NCBI GenBank assembly: GCA_964016885.1
Contig: OZ024742.1
Location: 348,068,001-348,132,000, forward strand
Reading direction: 5' to 3'
From: Eledone cirrhosa
Taxonomy: Eukaryota
DNA length: 64,000 bases
This document shows, piece after piece, positions 49,186 to 64,000 of this stretch (position 1 is the first letter of the stretch; every line of letters begins with the position of its first letter). The position numbers were made by a program, and so were the translations under genes. The notes beneath the pieces were generated by a model. The model had not been told where the DNA came from and searched no databases. It was given only the letters and a program-made list of their open reading frames with translations.

Positions 49186-52100
49186 AGACATTGGTGATGA
49201 ATGTGGAGAAACATGGAAGACTGGAAAGATATGGGGGATGAATGTGGAGAAACAGGGAAGACTGGAAAGACATGAGGGATGAATGTGGAGAAACATGGAA
49301 GACTGGAAAGATATTGGGGGATGAATGTGGAGAAACAGGGAAGACTGGAAAGACATGGGGGATAAATGTGGAGGAACATGGAAGACTGGAAAGATATGGG
49401 GGATGAATGTGGAGAAACATGGAAGACTGGAAAGACATGGGGGATGAATGTGGAGAAACAGGGAAGACTGGAAAGACATGGGGGATGAATGTGGAGAAAC
49501 ATGGAAGACTGGAAAGATATGGGGGATGAATGTGGAGAAACATGGAAGACTGGAAAGACATGGGGGATGAATGTGGAGAAACAAGGAAGACTGGAAAGAC
49601 ATGGGGCATGAATGTGGAGAAACATGGAAGACTGGAAAGACATGGGGGATGAATGTGGAGAAACATGGAAGACTGGAAAGATATGGGGGATGAATGTGGA
49701 GAAACATGGAAGACTGGAAAGACATGGGGGATGAATGTGGAGAAACAGGGAAGACTGGAAAGACATGGGGGATGAATGTGGAGAAACAGGGAAGGTTGGA
49801 AAGACATAGGGGATGAATGTGGAGAAACAGGGAAGGCTGGAAAGATATGGGGGATAAATGTGGAGAAACGGAAGACTGGAAAGACATGGGGGATGAATGT
49901 GGAGAAACATGGAAGACTGGAAAGACATGGGGGATGAATGTGGAGAAACAGGGAAGACTGGAAAGACATGGGGGATACATGTGGAGAAACATGGAAGACT
50001 GGAAAGATATGGGGGATGAATGTGGAGAAACATGGAAGACTGCAAAGATATGGGGGATGAATGTGGAGAAACATGGAAGACTGGAAAGACATGGGGGATG
50101 AATGTGGAGAAACAGGGAAGACTGGAAAGATATGGGGGATGAATGTGGAGAAACATGGAAGACTGGAAAGACATGGGGGATAAATGTGGAGGAACATGGA
50201 AGACTGGAAAGATATGGGGGATGAATGTGGAGAAACATGGAAGACTGGAAAGACATGGGGGATGAATGTGGAGAAACAGGGAAGACTGCAAAGACATGGG
50301 GGATGAATGTGGAGAAACAGGGAAGACTGGAAAGATATGGGGGATGAATGTGGAGAAACATGGAAGACTGGAAAGACATGGGGGATAAACGTGGAGGAAC
50401 ATGGAAGACTGGAAAGATATGGGGGATGAATGTGGAGAAACATGGAAGACTGGAAAGACATGGGGGGATGAATGTGGAGAAACAGGGAAGACTGGAAAGA
50501 CATGGGGGATAAATGTGGAGGAACATGGAAGACTGGAAAGATATGGGGGATGAATGTGGAGAAACATGGAAGACTGGAAAGACATGGGGGATGAATGTGG
50601 AGAAACAGGGAAGACTGGAAAGACATGGGGGATGAATGTGGAGAAACATGGAAGACTGGAAAGACATGGGGGATGAATGTGGAGAAACATGGAAGACTGG
50701 AAAGACATGGGGTATGAATGTGGAGGAACATGGAAGACTGGAAAGACATGGGGGATGAATGTGGAGAAACATGGAAGACTGGAAAGACATGGGGGATGAA
50801 TGTGGAGAAACATGGAAGACTGGAAAGATATGGGGGATGAATGTGGAGAAACAGGGAAGACTGGAAAGACATGGGGGATGAATGTGGAGAAACATGGAAG
50901 AATGGAAACATATGGGGGATGAATGTGGAGAAACAGGGAAGACTGGAAAGACATGGGGGATAAATGTGGAGGAACATGGAAGACTGGAAAGATATGGGGG
51001 ATGAATGTGGAGAAACATGGAAGACTGGAAAGACATGGGGGATGAATGTGGAGAAACATGGAAGACTGGAAAGACATGGGGGATGAATGTGGAGAAACAT
51101 GGAAGACTGGAAAGACAGGGGGGATAAATGTAGAGGAACATGGAAGACTGGAAAGACATGGGGGATGAATGTGGAGAAACATGGAAGACTGGAAAGATAT
51201 GGGGGATGAATGTGGAGAAACAGGGAAGACTGGAAAGAGATGGGGGATGAATGTGGAGAAACATGGAAGACTTGAAAGATATGGGGGATGAATGTGGAGA
51301 AACAGGGAAGACTGGAAAGACATGGGGGATAAATGTGGAAGAACATGGAAGACTGGAAAGATATGGGGGATGAATGTGGAGAAACATGGAAGACTGGAAA
51401 GACATGGGGGATGAATGTGGAGAAACTGTGAAGACTGGAAAGACATGGGGGATAAATGTGGAGGAACATGGAAGACTGGAAAGATATGGGGGATGAATGT
51501 GGAGAAACATGGAAGACTGGAAAGACATGGGGGATGAATGTGGAGAAACAGGGAAGGCTGGAAAGATATGGGGGATGAATGTGGAGAAACATGGAAGGCT
51601 GGAAAGATATGGGGGATGAATGTGGAGAAATGGAAGACTGGAAAGACATGGGGGATGAATGTGGAGAAACATGGAAGACTGGAAAGACATGGGGGATGAA
51701 TGTGGAGAAACATGGAAGACTGGAAAGACATGGGGGATGAATGTGGAGAAACAGGGAAGACTGAAAAGATATGGGGGATACATGTGGAGAAACATGGAAG
51801 ACTGGAAAGATATGGGGGATGAATGTGGAGAAACATGGAAGACTGGAAAGATATGGGGGATGTATGTGGAGAAACATGGAAGACTGGAAAGACATGGGGG
51901 ATGAATGTGGAGAAACAGGCAAGACTGGAAAGACATGGGGGATGAATGTGGAGAAACAGGGAAGACTGGAAAGACATGGGGGATGAACGTGGAGAAACAG
52001 GGAAGGCTGGAAAGACATGGGGGATGAATGTGGAGAAACAGGGAAGACTGGAAAGACATGGGGGATGAATGTGGAGAAACAGGGAAGACTGGAAAAACAT

Positions 52101-55100
52101 GGGGGATAAATGTGGAGGAACATGGAAGACTGGAAAGATATGGGGGATGAATGTGGAGAAACATGGAAGACTGGAAAGACATGGGGGATGAATGTGGAGA
52201 AACAGGGAAGGCTGGAAAGATATGGGGGATGAATGTGGAGAAACATGGAAGACTGGAAAGACATGGGGGATGAATGTGGAGAAACAGGGAAGACTGGAAA
52301 GACATGGGGGATGAATGTGGAGAAACATGGAAGACTGGAAAGACATGGGGGATGAATGTGGAGAATCATGGAAGACTGGAAAGACAGGGGGGATAAATGT
52401 AGAGGAACATGGAAGACTGGAAAGACATGGGGGATGAATGTGGAGAAACATGGAAGACTGGACAGACATAGGGGATGAATGTGGAGAAACATGGAAGACT
52501 GGAAAGATATGTGGGATGAATGTGGAGAAACAGGGAAGACTGGAAAGAGATGGGGGATGAATGTGGAGAAACATGGAAGACTTGAAAGATATGGGGGATG
52601 AATGTGGAGAAACAGGGAAGACTGGAAAGACATGGGGGATAAATGTGGAAGAACATGGAAGACTGGAAAGATATGGGGGATGAATGTGGAGAAACATGGA
52701 AGACTGGAAAGACATGGGGGATGAATGTGGAGAAACTGTGAAGACTGGAAAGACATGGGGGATAAATGTGGAGGAACATGGAAGACTGGAAAGATATGGG
52801 GGATGAATGTGGAGAAACATGGAAGACTGGAAAGACATGGGGGATGAATGTGGAGAAACAGGGAAGACTGGAAAGATATGGGGGATGAATGTGGAGAAAC
52901 AGGGAAGACTGGAAAGACATGGGGGATGAATGTGGAAAAATGGAAGACTGGAAAGACATGGGGGATGAATGTGGAGAAACATGGAAGACTGGAAAGACAT
53001 GGGGGATGAATGTGGAGAAACATGGAAGACTGGAAAGACATGGGGGATGAATGTGTAGAAACAGGGAAGACTGGAAAGATATGGGGGATACATGTGGAGA
53101 AACATGGAAGACTGGAAAGATATGGGGGATGAATGTGGAGAAACATGGAAGACTGGAAAGATATGGGGGATGAATGTGGAGAAACATGGAAGACTGGAAA
53201 GACATGGGGGATGAATGTGGAGAAACAGGCAAGACTGGAAAGACATGGGGGATGAATGTGGAGAAACAGGGAAGACTGGAAAGACATGGGGGATGAATGT
53301 GGAGAAACAGGGAAGACTGGAAAGACATGGGGGATGAATGTGGAGAAACATGGAAGACTGGAAAGATATGGGGGATGAATGTGGAGAAACATGGAAGACT
53401 GGAAAGACATGGGGGATGAATGTGGAGAAACAGAGAAGACTGGAAAGACATGGGGGATGAATGTGGAGAAACAGGGAAGACTGGAAAGACATGGGGGATG
53501 AACGTGGAGAAACAGGGAAGGCTGGAAACACATGGGGGATGAATGTGGAGAAACAGGGAAGGCTGGAAAGATATGGGGGATGAATGTGGAGAAACAGGGA
53601 AGACTGGAAAGACATGGGCGATGAATGTGGAGAAACAGGGAAGACTGGAAAGACATGGGGGATAAATGTGGAGGAACATGGAAGACTGGAAAGATATGGG
53701 GGATGAATGTGGAGAAACATGGAAGACTGGAAAGACATGGGGGATGAATGTGGAGAAACAGGGAAGGCTGGAAAGATATGGGGGATGAATGTGGAGAAAC
53801 ATGGAAGACTGGAAAGACATGGGGGATGAATGTGGAGAAACAGGGAAGACTGGAAAGACATGGGGGATAAATGTGGAGAAACAGGGAAGACTGGAAAGAC
53901 ATGGGGGATGAATGTGGAGGAACATGGAAGACTGGAAAGACATGGGGGATGAATGTGTGAATGTGGAGGAACATGGAAGACTGGAAAGACATGGGGGATA
54001 AATGTGGAGAAACAGGGAAGACTGGAAAGACATGGGGGATGAATGTGGAGAAACATGGAAGACTGGAAAGATATTGGGGATGAATGTGGAGAAACATGGA
54101 AGACTGAAAAGACATGAGGGATGAATGTGGAGAAACATGGAAGACTGGAAAGACATGGGGGATGAATGTGGAGAAACATGGAAGACTGGAAAGACATGGG
54201 GGATGAATGTGGAGAAACAAGGAAGACTGGAAAGATATGGGGGATGAATGTGGAGAAACAGGGAAGACTGGAAAGATATGGGGTATGAATGTGGAGAAAC
54301 AGGGAAGACTGGAAAGATATGGGGGATGAATGTGGAGAAACATGGAAGACTGGAAAGACATGGGGGAGGAATGTGGAGAAACAGGGAAGACTGGAAAGAC
54401 ATGGGGGATGAATGTGGAGAAACGGAAGACTGGAAAGATATGGGGGATGAATGTGGAGAAACATGGAAGACTGGAAAGACATGAGGGATGAATGTGGAGA
54501 AACATGGAAGACTGGAAAGACATGGGGGATGAATGTGGAGAAACAGGGAAGACTGGAAAGACATGGGGGATGAATGTGGAGAAACAGGGAAGACTGGAAA
54601 GATATGGGGGATGAATGTGGAGAAACAGGGAAGACTGGAAAGATATGGGGGATGAATGTGGAGAAACAGGGAAGACTGGAAAGATATGGGGGATGAATGT
54701 GGAGAAACAGGGAAGACTGGAAAGACATGGGGGATGAATGTGGAGAAAGAGGGAAGGCTGGAAAGATATGGGGGATGAATGTGGAGAAACAGGGAAGGCT
54801 GGAAAGAAATGGGGGATGAATGTGGAGAAACGGAAGACTGGAAAGACATGGGGGATGAATGTGGAGAAACATGGAAGACTGGAAAGACATGGGGGATGAA
54901 TGTGGAGAAACATGGAAGACTGGAAAGACATGGGGGATGAATGTGGAGAAACGGGGAAGACTGGAAAGATATGGGGGATACATGTGGAGAAACATGGAAG
55001 ACTGGAAAGATATGGGGGATGAATGTGGAGAAACATGGAAGACTGGAAAGATATGGGGGATGAATGTGGAGAAACATGGAAAACTGGAAAGACATGGGGG

Positions 55101-58100
55101 ATGAATGTGGAGAAACATGGAAGACTGGAAAGACATGGGGGATGAATGTGGAGAAACAGGGAAGTCTGGAAAGACATTGGGGATGAATATGGAGAAACAT
55201 GGAAAACTGGAAAGACATGGGGGATGAATGTGGAGAAACATGGAAGACTGGAAAGATATGGGGGATGAATGTGGAGAAATATGGAAGACTGGAAAGATAT
55301 GGGGGATGAATGTGGAGAAACATGGAAGACTGGAAAGACATTGGGGATGAATGTGGAGAAACATGGAAGACTTGAAAGATATGGGGGATGAATGTGGAGA
55401 AACAGGGAAGAGTGGAAAGACATGGGGGATAAATGTGGAAGAACATGGAAGACTGGAAAGATATGGGGGATGAATGTGGAGAAACATGGAAGACTGGAAA
55501 GACATGGGGGATGAATGTGGAGAAACATGGAAGACTGGAAAGACATGGGGGATAAATGTGGAGGAACATGGAAGACTGGAAAGATATGGGGGATGAATGT
55601 GGAGAAACATGGAAGACTGGAAAGACATGGGGGATGAATGTGGAGAAACAGGGAAGGCTGGAAAGATATGGGGGATGAATGTGGAGAAACATGGAAGGCT
55701 GGAAAGATATGGGAGATGAATGTGGAGAAATGGAAGACTGGAAAGACATGGGGGATGAATGTGGAGAAACATGGAAGACTGGAAAGACATGGGGGATGAA
55801 TGTGGAGAAACATGGAAGACTGGAAAGACATGGGGGATGAATGTGGAGAAACAGGGAAGACTGAAAAGATATGGGGGATACATGTGGAGAAACATGGAAG
55901 ACTGGAAAGATATGGGGGATGAATGTGGAGAAACATGGAAGACTGGAAAGATATGGGGGATGTATGTGGAGAAACATGGAAGACTGGAAAGACATGGGGG
56001 ATGAATGTGGAGAAACAGGCAAGACTGGAAAGACATGGGGGATGAATGTGGAGAAACAGGGAAGACTGGAAAGACATGGGGGATGAATGTGGAGAAACAG
56101 GGAAGACTGGAAAGACATGGGGATGAATGTGGAGAAACATGGAAGACTGGAAAGATATGGGGGATGAATGTGGAGAAACATGGAAGACTGGAAAGACATG
56201 GGGGATGAATGTGGAGAAACAGAGAAGACTGGAAAGACATGGGGGATGAATGTGGAGAAACAGGGAAGACTGGAAAGACATGGGGGATGAACGTGGAGAA
56301 ACGGGGAAGGCTGGAAAGACATGGGGGATGAATGTGGAGAAACAGGGAAGACTGGAAAGGCATGGGCGATGAATGTGGAGAAACAGGGAAGACTGGAAAA
56401 ACATGGGGGATGAATGTGGAGAAACATGGAAGACTGGAAAGACATGGGGGATGAATGTGGAGAAACAGGGAAGACTGGAAAGACATGGGGGATGAATGTG
56501 GAGAAACATGGAAGACTGGAAAGACATGGGGGATGAATGTGGAGAAACATGGAAGACTGGAAAGACAGGGGGGATAAATGTAGAGGAACATGGAAGACTG
56601 GAAAGACATGGGGGATGAATGTGGAGAAACATGGAAGACTGGAAAGACATGGGGGATGAATGTGGAGAAACATGGAAGACTGGAAAGAGATGGGGGATGA
56701 ATGTGGAGAAACATGGAAGACTTGAAAGATATGGGGGATGAATGTGGAGAAACAGGGAAGACTGGAAAGACATGGGGGATAAATGTGGAAGAACATGGAA
56801 GACTGGAAAGATATGGGGGATGAATGTGGAGAAACATGGAAGACTGGAAAGACATGGGGGATGAATGTGGAGAAACTGTGAAGACTGGAAAGACATGGGG
56901 GATAAATGTGGAGGAACATGGAAGACTGGAAAGATATGGGGGATGAATGTGGAGAAACATGGAAGACTGGAAAGACATGGGGGATGAATGTGGAGAAACA
57001 GGGAAGACTGGAAAGACATGGGGGATGAATGTGGAGAAACAGGGAAGACTGGAAAGACATGGGGGATGAATGTGGAGAAATGGAAGACTGGAAAGACATG
57101 GGGGATGAATGTGGAGAAACATGGAAGACTGGAAAGACATGGGGGATGAATGTGGAGAAACATGGAAGACTGGAAAGACATGGGGGATGAATGTGTAGAA
57201 ACACGGAAGACTGGAAAGATATGGGGGATACATGTGGAGAAACATGGAAGACTGGAAAGATATGGGGGATGAATGTGGAGAAACATGGAAGACTGGAAAG
57301 ATATGGGGGATGAATGTGGAGAAACATGGAAGACTGGAAAGACATGGGGGATGAATGTGGAGAAACAGGCAAGACTGGAAAGACATGGGGGATGAATGTG
57401 GAGAAACAGGGAAGACTGGAAAGACATGGGGGATGAATGTGGAGAAACATGGAAGACTGGAAAGACATGGGGGATGAATGTGGAGAAACAGAGAAGACTG
57501 GAAAGACATGGGGGATGAATGTGGAGAAACAGGGAAGACTGGAAAGACATGGGGGATGAACGTGGAGAAACAGGGAAGGCTGGAAAGACATGGGGGATGA
57601 ATGTGGAGAAACAGGGAAGGCTGGAAAGATATGGGGGATGAATGTGGAGAAACAGGGAAGGCTGGAAAGATATGGGGGATGAATGTGGAGAAACAGGGAA
57701 GACTGGAAAGACATGGGCGATGAATGTGGAGAAACAGGGAAGACTGGAAAGACATGGGGGATAAATGTGGAGGAACATGGAAGACTGGAAAGATATGGGG
57801 GATGAATGTGGAGAAACATGGAAGACTGGAAAGACATGGGGGATGAATGTGGAGAAACAGGGAAGGCTGGAAAGATATGGGGGATGAATGTGGAGAAACA
57901 TGGAAGACTGGAAAGACATGGGGGATGAATGTGGAGAAACAGGGAAGACTGGAAAGACATGGGGGATAAATGTGGAGAAACAGGGAAGACTGGAAAGACA
58001 TGAGGGATGAATGTGGAGGAACATGGAAGACTGGAAAGACATGGGGGATGAATGTGTGAATGTGGAGGAACATGGAAGACTGGAAAGATATGGGGGATGA

Positions 58101-61100
58101 ATGTGGAGAAACAGGGAACTCTGGAAAGACATGGGGGATGAATATGGAGAAACATGGAAGACTGGAAAGACATGGTGGATGAATGTGGAGAAACAGGGAA
58201 GACTGGAAAGATATGGGGGATGAATGTGGAGAAACATGGAAGACTGGAAAGATATGGGGGATGAATGTGGAGAAACATGGAAGACTGGAAAGACATTGGG
58301 GATGAATGTGGAGAAACATGGAAGACTGGAAAGATATGGGGGATGAATGTGGAGAAACAGGGAAGGCTGGAAAGACATGGGGTTTGAATGTGGAGAAACA
58401 TGGAAGACTGGAAAGACATGGGGGATGAATGTGTGAATGTGGAGGAACATGGAAGATGGGAAAGACATGGGGGATGAATGTGGAGAAACAGGAAAGACTG
58501 GAAAGACATGGGGGATGAATGTGGAGAAACATGGAAGACTGGAAAGATATGGGGGATGAATGTGAAGAAACATGGAAGACTGGAAAGATATGGGGGATGA
58601 ATGTGGAGAAACATGGAAGACTGGAAAGACATGGGGGATGAATGTGAAGGAACATGGAAGACTGGAAAGACATAGGGGATGAATGTGTGAATGTGGAGGA
58701 ACATGGAAGACTGGAAAGACATGGGGGATGAATGTGGAGAAACAGGGAAGACTGGGAAAGCATGGGGGATGAATGTGGAGAAACATGGAAGACTGGAAAG
58801 ATATGGGGGATGAATGTGGAGAAACATGGAAGACTGGAAAGACATGGGGGATGAATGTGGAGAAACAGGGAAGACTGGAAAGACATGGGGGATGAATGTG
58901 GAGAAACGGAAGACTGGAAAGATATGGGGGATGAATGTGGAGAAACATGGAAGACTGGAAAGACATGAGGGATGAATGTGGAGAAACATGGAAGACTGGA
59001 AAGACATGGGGGATGAATGTGGAGAAACATGGAAGACTGGAAAGACATGGGGGATGAAGGTGGAGAAACAAGGAAGACTGGAAAGATATGGGGGATGAAT
59101 GTGGAGAAACAGGGAAGACTGGAAAGATATGGGGGATGAATGTGGAGAAACAGGGAAGACTGGAAAGATATGGGGGATGAATGTGGAGAAACATGGAAGA
59201 CTGGAAAGACATGGGGGATGAATGTGGAGAAACAGGGAAGACTGGAAAAACATGGGGGATGAATGTGGAGAAACGGAAGACTGGAAAGATATGGGGGATG
59301 AATGTGGAGAAACATGGAAGACTGGAAAGACATGAGGGATGAATGTGGAGAAACATGGAAGACTGGAAAGACATGGGGGATGAATGTGGAGAAACAGGGA
59401 AGACTGGAAAGACATGGGGGATGAATGTGTAGAAACAGGGAAGACTGGAAAGATATGGGGGATGAATGTGGAGAAACAGGGAAGACTGGAAAGATATGGG
59501 GGATGAATGTGGAGAAACATGGAAGACTGGAAAGATATGGGGGATGAATGTGGAGAAACATGGAAGACTGGAAAGACATGGGGGATGAATGTGGAGAAAC
59601 AGGGAAGGCTGGAAAGATATGGGGGATGAATGTGGAGAAACAGGGAAGGCTGGAAAGATATGGGGGATGAATGTGGAGAAACATGGAAGACTGGAAAGAC
59701 ATGGGGGATGAATGTGTAGAAACAGGGAAGACTGGAAAGATATGGGGGATGAATGTGGAGAAACAGGGAAGACTGGAAAGATATGGGGGATGAATGTGGA
59801 GAAACATGGAAGACTGGAAAGATATGGGGGATACATGTGGAGAAACATGGAAGACTGGAAAGATATGGGGGATGAATGTGGAGAAACAGGGAAGGCTGGA
59901 AAGACATGGGGGGGGGGTGAATGTGGAGAAACATGGAAGACTGGAAAGATATGGGGGATGAATGTGGAGAAACAGGGAAGACTGGAAAGACATGGGGGAT
60001 AAATGTGGAGGAACATGGAAGACTGGAAAGATATGGGGGACGAATGTGGAGAAACATGGAAGACTGGAAAGACATGGGGGATGAATGTGGAGAAACATGG
60101 AAGACTGGAAAGACATGGGGGATGAATGTGGAGAAACATGGAAGACTGGAAAGACATGGGGGATAAATGTGGAGGAACATGGAAGACTGGAAAGATATGG
60201 GGGATGAATGTGGAGAAACATGGAAGACTGGAAAGACATGGGGGATGAATGTGGAGAAACAGGGAAGACTGCAAAGACATGGGGGATGAATGTGGAGAAA
60301 CAGGGAAGACTGGAAAGATATGGGGGATGAATGTGGAGAAACATGGAAGACTGGAAAGACATGGGGGATAAACGTGGAGGAACATGGAAGACTGGAAAGA
60401 TATGGGGGATGAATGTGGAGAAACATGGAAGACTGGAAAGACATGGGGGGATGAATGTGGAGAAACAGGGAAGACTGGAAAGACATGGGGGATAAATGTG
60501 GAGGAACATGGAAGACTGGAAAGATATGGGGGATGAATGTGGAGAAACATGGAAGACTGGAAAGACATGGGGGATGAATGTGGAGAAACAGGGAAGACTG
60601 GAAAGACATGGGGGATGAATGTGGAGAAACATGGAAGACTGGAAAGACATGGGGGATGAATGTGGAGAAACATGGAAGACTGGAAAGACATGGGGTATGA
60701 ATGTGGAGGAACATGGAAGACTGGAAAGACATGGGGGATGAATGTGGAGAAACATGGAAGACTGGAAAGACATGGGGGATGAATGTGGAGAAACATGGAA
60801 GACTGGAAAGATATGGGGGATGAATGTGGAGAAACAGGGAAGACTGGAAAGACATGGGGGATGAATGTGGAGAAACATGGAAGAATGGAAACATATGGGG
60901 GATGAATGTGGAGAAACAGGGAAGACTGGAAAGACATGGGGGATAAATGTGGAGGAACATGGAAGACTGGAAAGATATGGGGGATGAATGTGGAGAAACA
61001 TGGAAGACTGGAAAGACATGGGGGATGAATGTGGAGAAACATGGAAGACTGGAAAGACATGGGGGATGAATGTGGAGAAACATGGAAGACTGGAAAGACA

Positions 61101-64000
61101 GGGGGGATAAATGTAGAGGAACATGGAAGACTGGAAAGACATGGGGGATGAATGTGGAGAAACATGGAAGACTGGAAAGATATGGGGGATGAATGTGGAG
61201 AAACAGGGAAGACTGGAAAGAGATGGGGGATGAATGTGGAGAAACATGGAAGACTTGAAAGATATGGGGGATGAATGTGGAGAAACAGGGAAGACTGGAA
61301 AGACATGGGGGATAAATGTGGAAGAACATGGAAGACTGGAAAGATATGGGGGATGAATGTGGAGAAACATGGAAGACTGGAAAGACATGGGGGATGAATG
61401 TGGAGAAACTGTGAAGACTGGAAAGACATGGGGGATAAATGTGGAGGAACATGGAAGACTGGAAAGATATGGGGGATGAATGTGGAGAAACATGGAAGAC
61501 TGGAAAGACATGGGGGATGAATGTGGAGAAACAGGGAAGGCTGGAAAGATATGGGGGATGAATGTGCAGAAACATGGAAGGCTGGAAAGATATGGGGGAT
61601 GAATGTGGAGAAATGGAAGACTGGAAAGACATGGGGGATGAATGTGGAGAAACATGGAAGACTGGAAAGACATGGGGGATGAATGTGGAGAAACATGGAA
61701 GACTGGAAAGACATGGGGGATGAATGTGGAGAAACAGGGAAGACTGAAAAGATATGGGGGATACATGTGGAGAAACATGGAAGACTGGAAAGATATGGGG
61801 GATGAATGTGGAGAAACATGGAAGACTGGAAAGATATGGGGGATGTATGTGGAGAAACATGGAAGACTGGAAAGACATGGGGGATGAATGTGGAGAAACA
61901 GGCAAGACTGGAAAGACATGGGGGATGAATGTGGAGAAACAGGGAAGACTGGAAAGACATGGGGGATGAACGTGGAGAAACAGGGAAGGCTGGAAAGACA
62001 TGGGGGATGAATGTGGAGAAACAGGGAAGACTGGAAAGACATGGGGGATGAATGTGGAGAAACAGGGAAGACTGGAAAAACATGGGGGATAAATGTGGAG
62101 GAACATGGAAGACTGGAAAGATATGGGGGATGAATGTGGAGAAACATGGAAGACTGGAAAGACATGGGGGATGAATGTGGAGAAACAGGGAAGGCTGGAA
62201 AGATATGGGGGATGAATGTGGAGAAACATGGAAGACTGGAAAGACATGGGGGATGAATGTGGAGAAACATGGAAGACTGGAAAGACATGGGGGATGAATG
62301 TGGAGAAACATGGAAGACTGGAAAGACAGGGGGGATAAATGTAGAGGAACATGGAAGACTGGAAAGACATGGGGGATGAATGTGGAGAAACATGGAAGAC
62401 TGGACAGACATAGGGGATGAATGTGGAGAAACATGGAAGGCTGGAAAGATATGGGGGATGAATGTGGAGAAACATGGAAGACTGGAAAGATATGGGGGAT
62501 GAATGTGGAGAAACAGGGAAGGCTGGAAAGATATGGGGGATGAATGTGGAGAAACATGGAAGACTGGAAAGACATGGGGGATGAATGTGGAGGAACATGG
62601 AAGACTGGAAAGATATGGGGGATGAATGTGGAGAAACATGGAAGACTGGAAAGACATGGGGGATGAATGTGGAGAAACAGGGAAGGCTGGAAAGATATGG
62701 GGGATGAATGTGGAGAAACATGGAAGGCTGGAAAGATATGGGGGATGAATGTGGAGAAATGGAAGACTGGAAAGACATGGGGGATGAATGTGGAGAAACA
62801 TGGAAGACTGGAAAGACATGGGGGATGAATGTGGAGAAACATGGAAGACTGGAAAGACATGGGGGATGAATGTGGAGAAACAGGGAAGACTGAAAAGATA
62901 TGGGGGATACATGTGGAGAAACATGGAAGACTGGAAAGATATGGGGGATGAATGTGGAGAAACATGGAAGACTGGAAAGATATGGGGGATGAATGTGGAG
63001 AAACAGGGAAGGCTGGAAAGATATGGGGGATGAATGTGGAGAAACATGGAAGACTGGAAAGACATGGGGGATGAATGTGGAGAAACATGGAAGACTGGAA
63101 AGACATGGGGGATAAATGTGGAGGAACATGGAAGACTGGAAAGATATGGGGGATGAATGTGGAGAAACATGGAAGACTGGAAAGACATGGGGGATGAATG
63201 TGGAGAAACAGGGAAGGCTGGAAAGATATGGGGGATGAATGTGGAGAAACATGGAAGGCTGGAAAGATATGGGGGATGAATGTGGAGAAATGGAAGACTG
63301 GAAAGACATGGGGGATGAATGTGGAGAAACATGGAAGACTGGAAAGACATGGGGGATGAATGTGGAGAAACATGGAAGACTGGAAAGACATGGGGGATGA
63401 ATGTGGAGAAACAGGGAAGACTGAAAAGATATGGGGGATACATGTGGAGAAACATGGAAGACTGGAAAGACATGGGGGATGAATGTGGAGAAACATGGAA
63501 GACTGGAAAGACATGGGGGATGAAGGTGGAGAAACAAGGAAGACTGGAAAGATATGGGGGATGAATGTGGAGAAACAGGGAAGACTGGAAAGATATGGGG
63601 GATGAATGTGGAGAAACAGGGAAGACTGGAAAGATATGGGGGATGAATGTGGAGAAACATGGAAGACTGGAAAGACATGGGGGATGAATGTGGAGAAACA
63701 GGGAAGACTGGAAAAACATGGGGGATGAATGTGGAGAAACGGAAGACTGGAAAGATATGGGGGATGAATGTGGAGAAACATGGAAGACTGGAAAGACATG
63801 AGGGATGAATGTGGAGAAACATGGAAGACTGGAAAGACATGGGGGATGAATGTGGAGAAACAGGGAAGACTGGAAAGACATGGGGGATGAATGTGTAGAA
63901 ACAGGGAAGACTGGAAAGATATGGGGGATGAATGTGGAGAAACAGGGAAGACTGGAAAGATATGGGGGATGAATGTGGAGAAACATGGAAGACTGGAAAG
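49186..64000. repeat. 41-bp purine-rich satellite, ~360 copies, intronic, running off the window end
   Basis: unit GATGAATGTGGAGAAACATGGAAGACTGGAAAGACATGGGG; the 41-aa periodicity of the - ORFs equals 3 units. Confidence 0.98.

Noticed and set aside
49107-63986. Giant - strand ORFs (4959, 4874, 3824, 1052 aa)
   Set aside because: The 41-bp unit has no TTA/CTA/TCA on +, so all three - frames are open by construction. Frequent indels swap frames freely and the region is antisense within a PAM intron.

Overview
AT-rich, repeat-dense animal genomic DNA. The SINE/LINE/microsatellite landscape suggests a coleoid cephalopod such as Octopus; this is inference. The window lies inside one + strand gene: 11 GT-AG exons (5538-48930) splice in phase into the C-terminal half of the PHM copper monooxygenase domain, a long linker, and most of the PAL lyase domain of bifunctional peptidylglycine alpha-amidating monooxygenase (PAM). 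Both ends of the gene are outside the window. The introns hold Helitrons, RTE and CR1 LINEs, tRNA-derived SINEs, TTAA MITEs and many tandem arrays, including a >14.8 kb 41-bp satellite that appears to derive from an RTE coding segment. Most notable: (i) a Penelope-like GIY-YIG element with ~2.5 kb inverted arms nested in a Helitron; (ii) several hammerhead-ribozyme motifs from at least two families, as inverted pairs beside (TA)n tracts, one with a ~100-nt stem II and one on the sense strand between the PHM and PAL exons; (iii) a prohormone-like PAM linker with seven dibasic sites, a Gly-Arg-Arg amidation signal and an in-phase internal splice donor; (iv) Glu->Gly in the PAL DRENGR motif. All coordinates and identities were read by eye.
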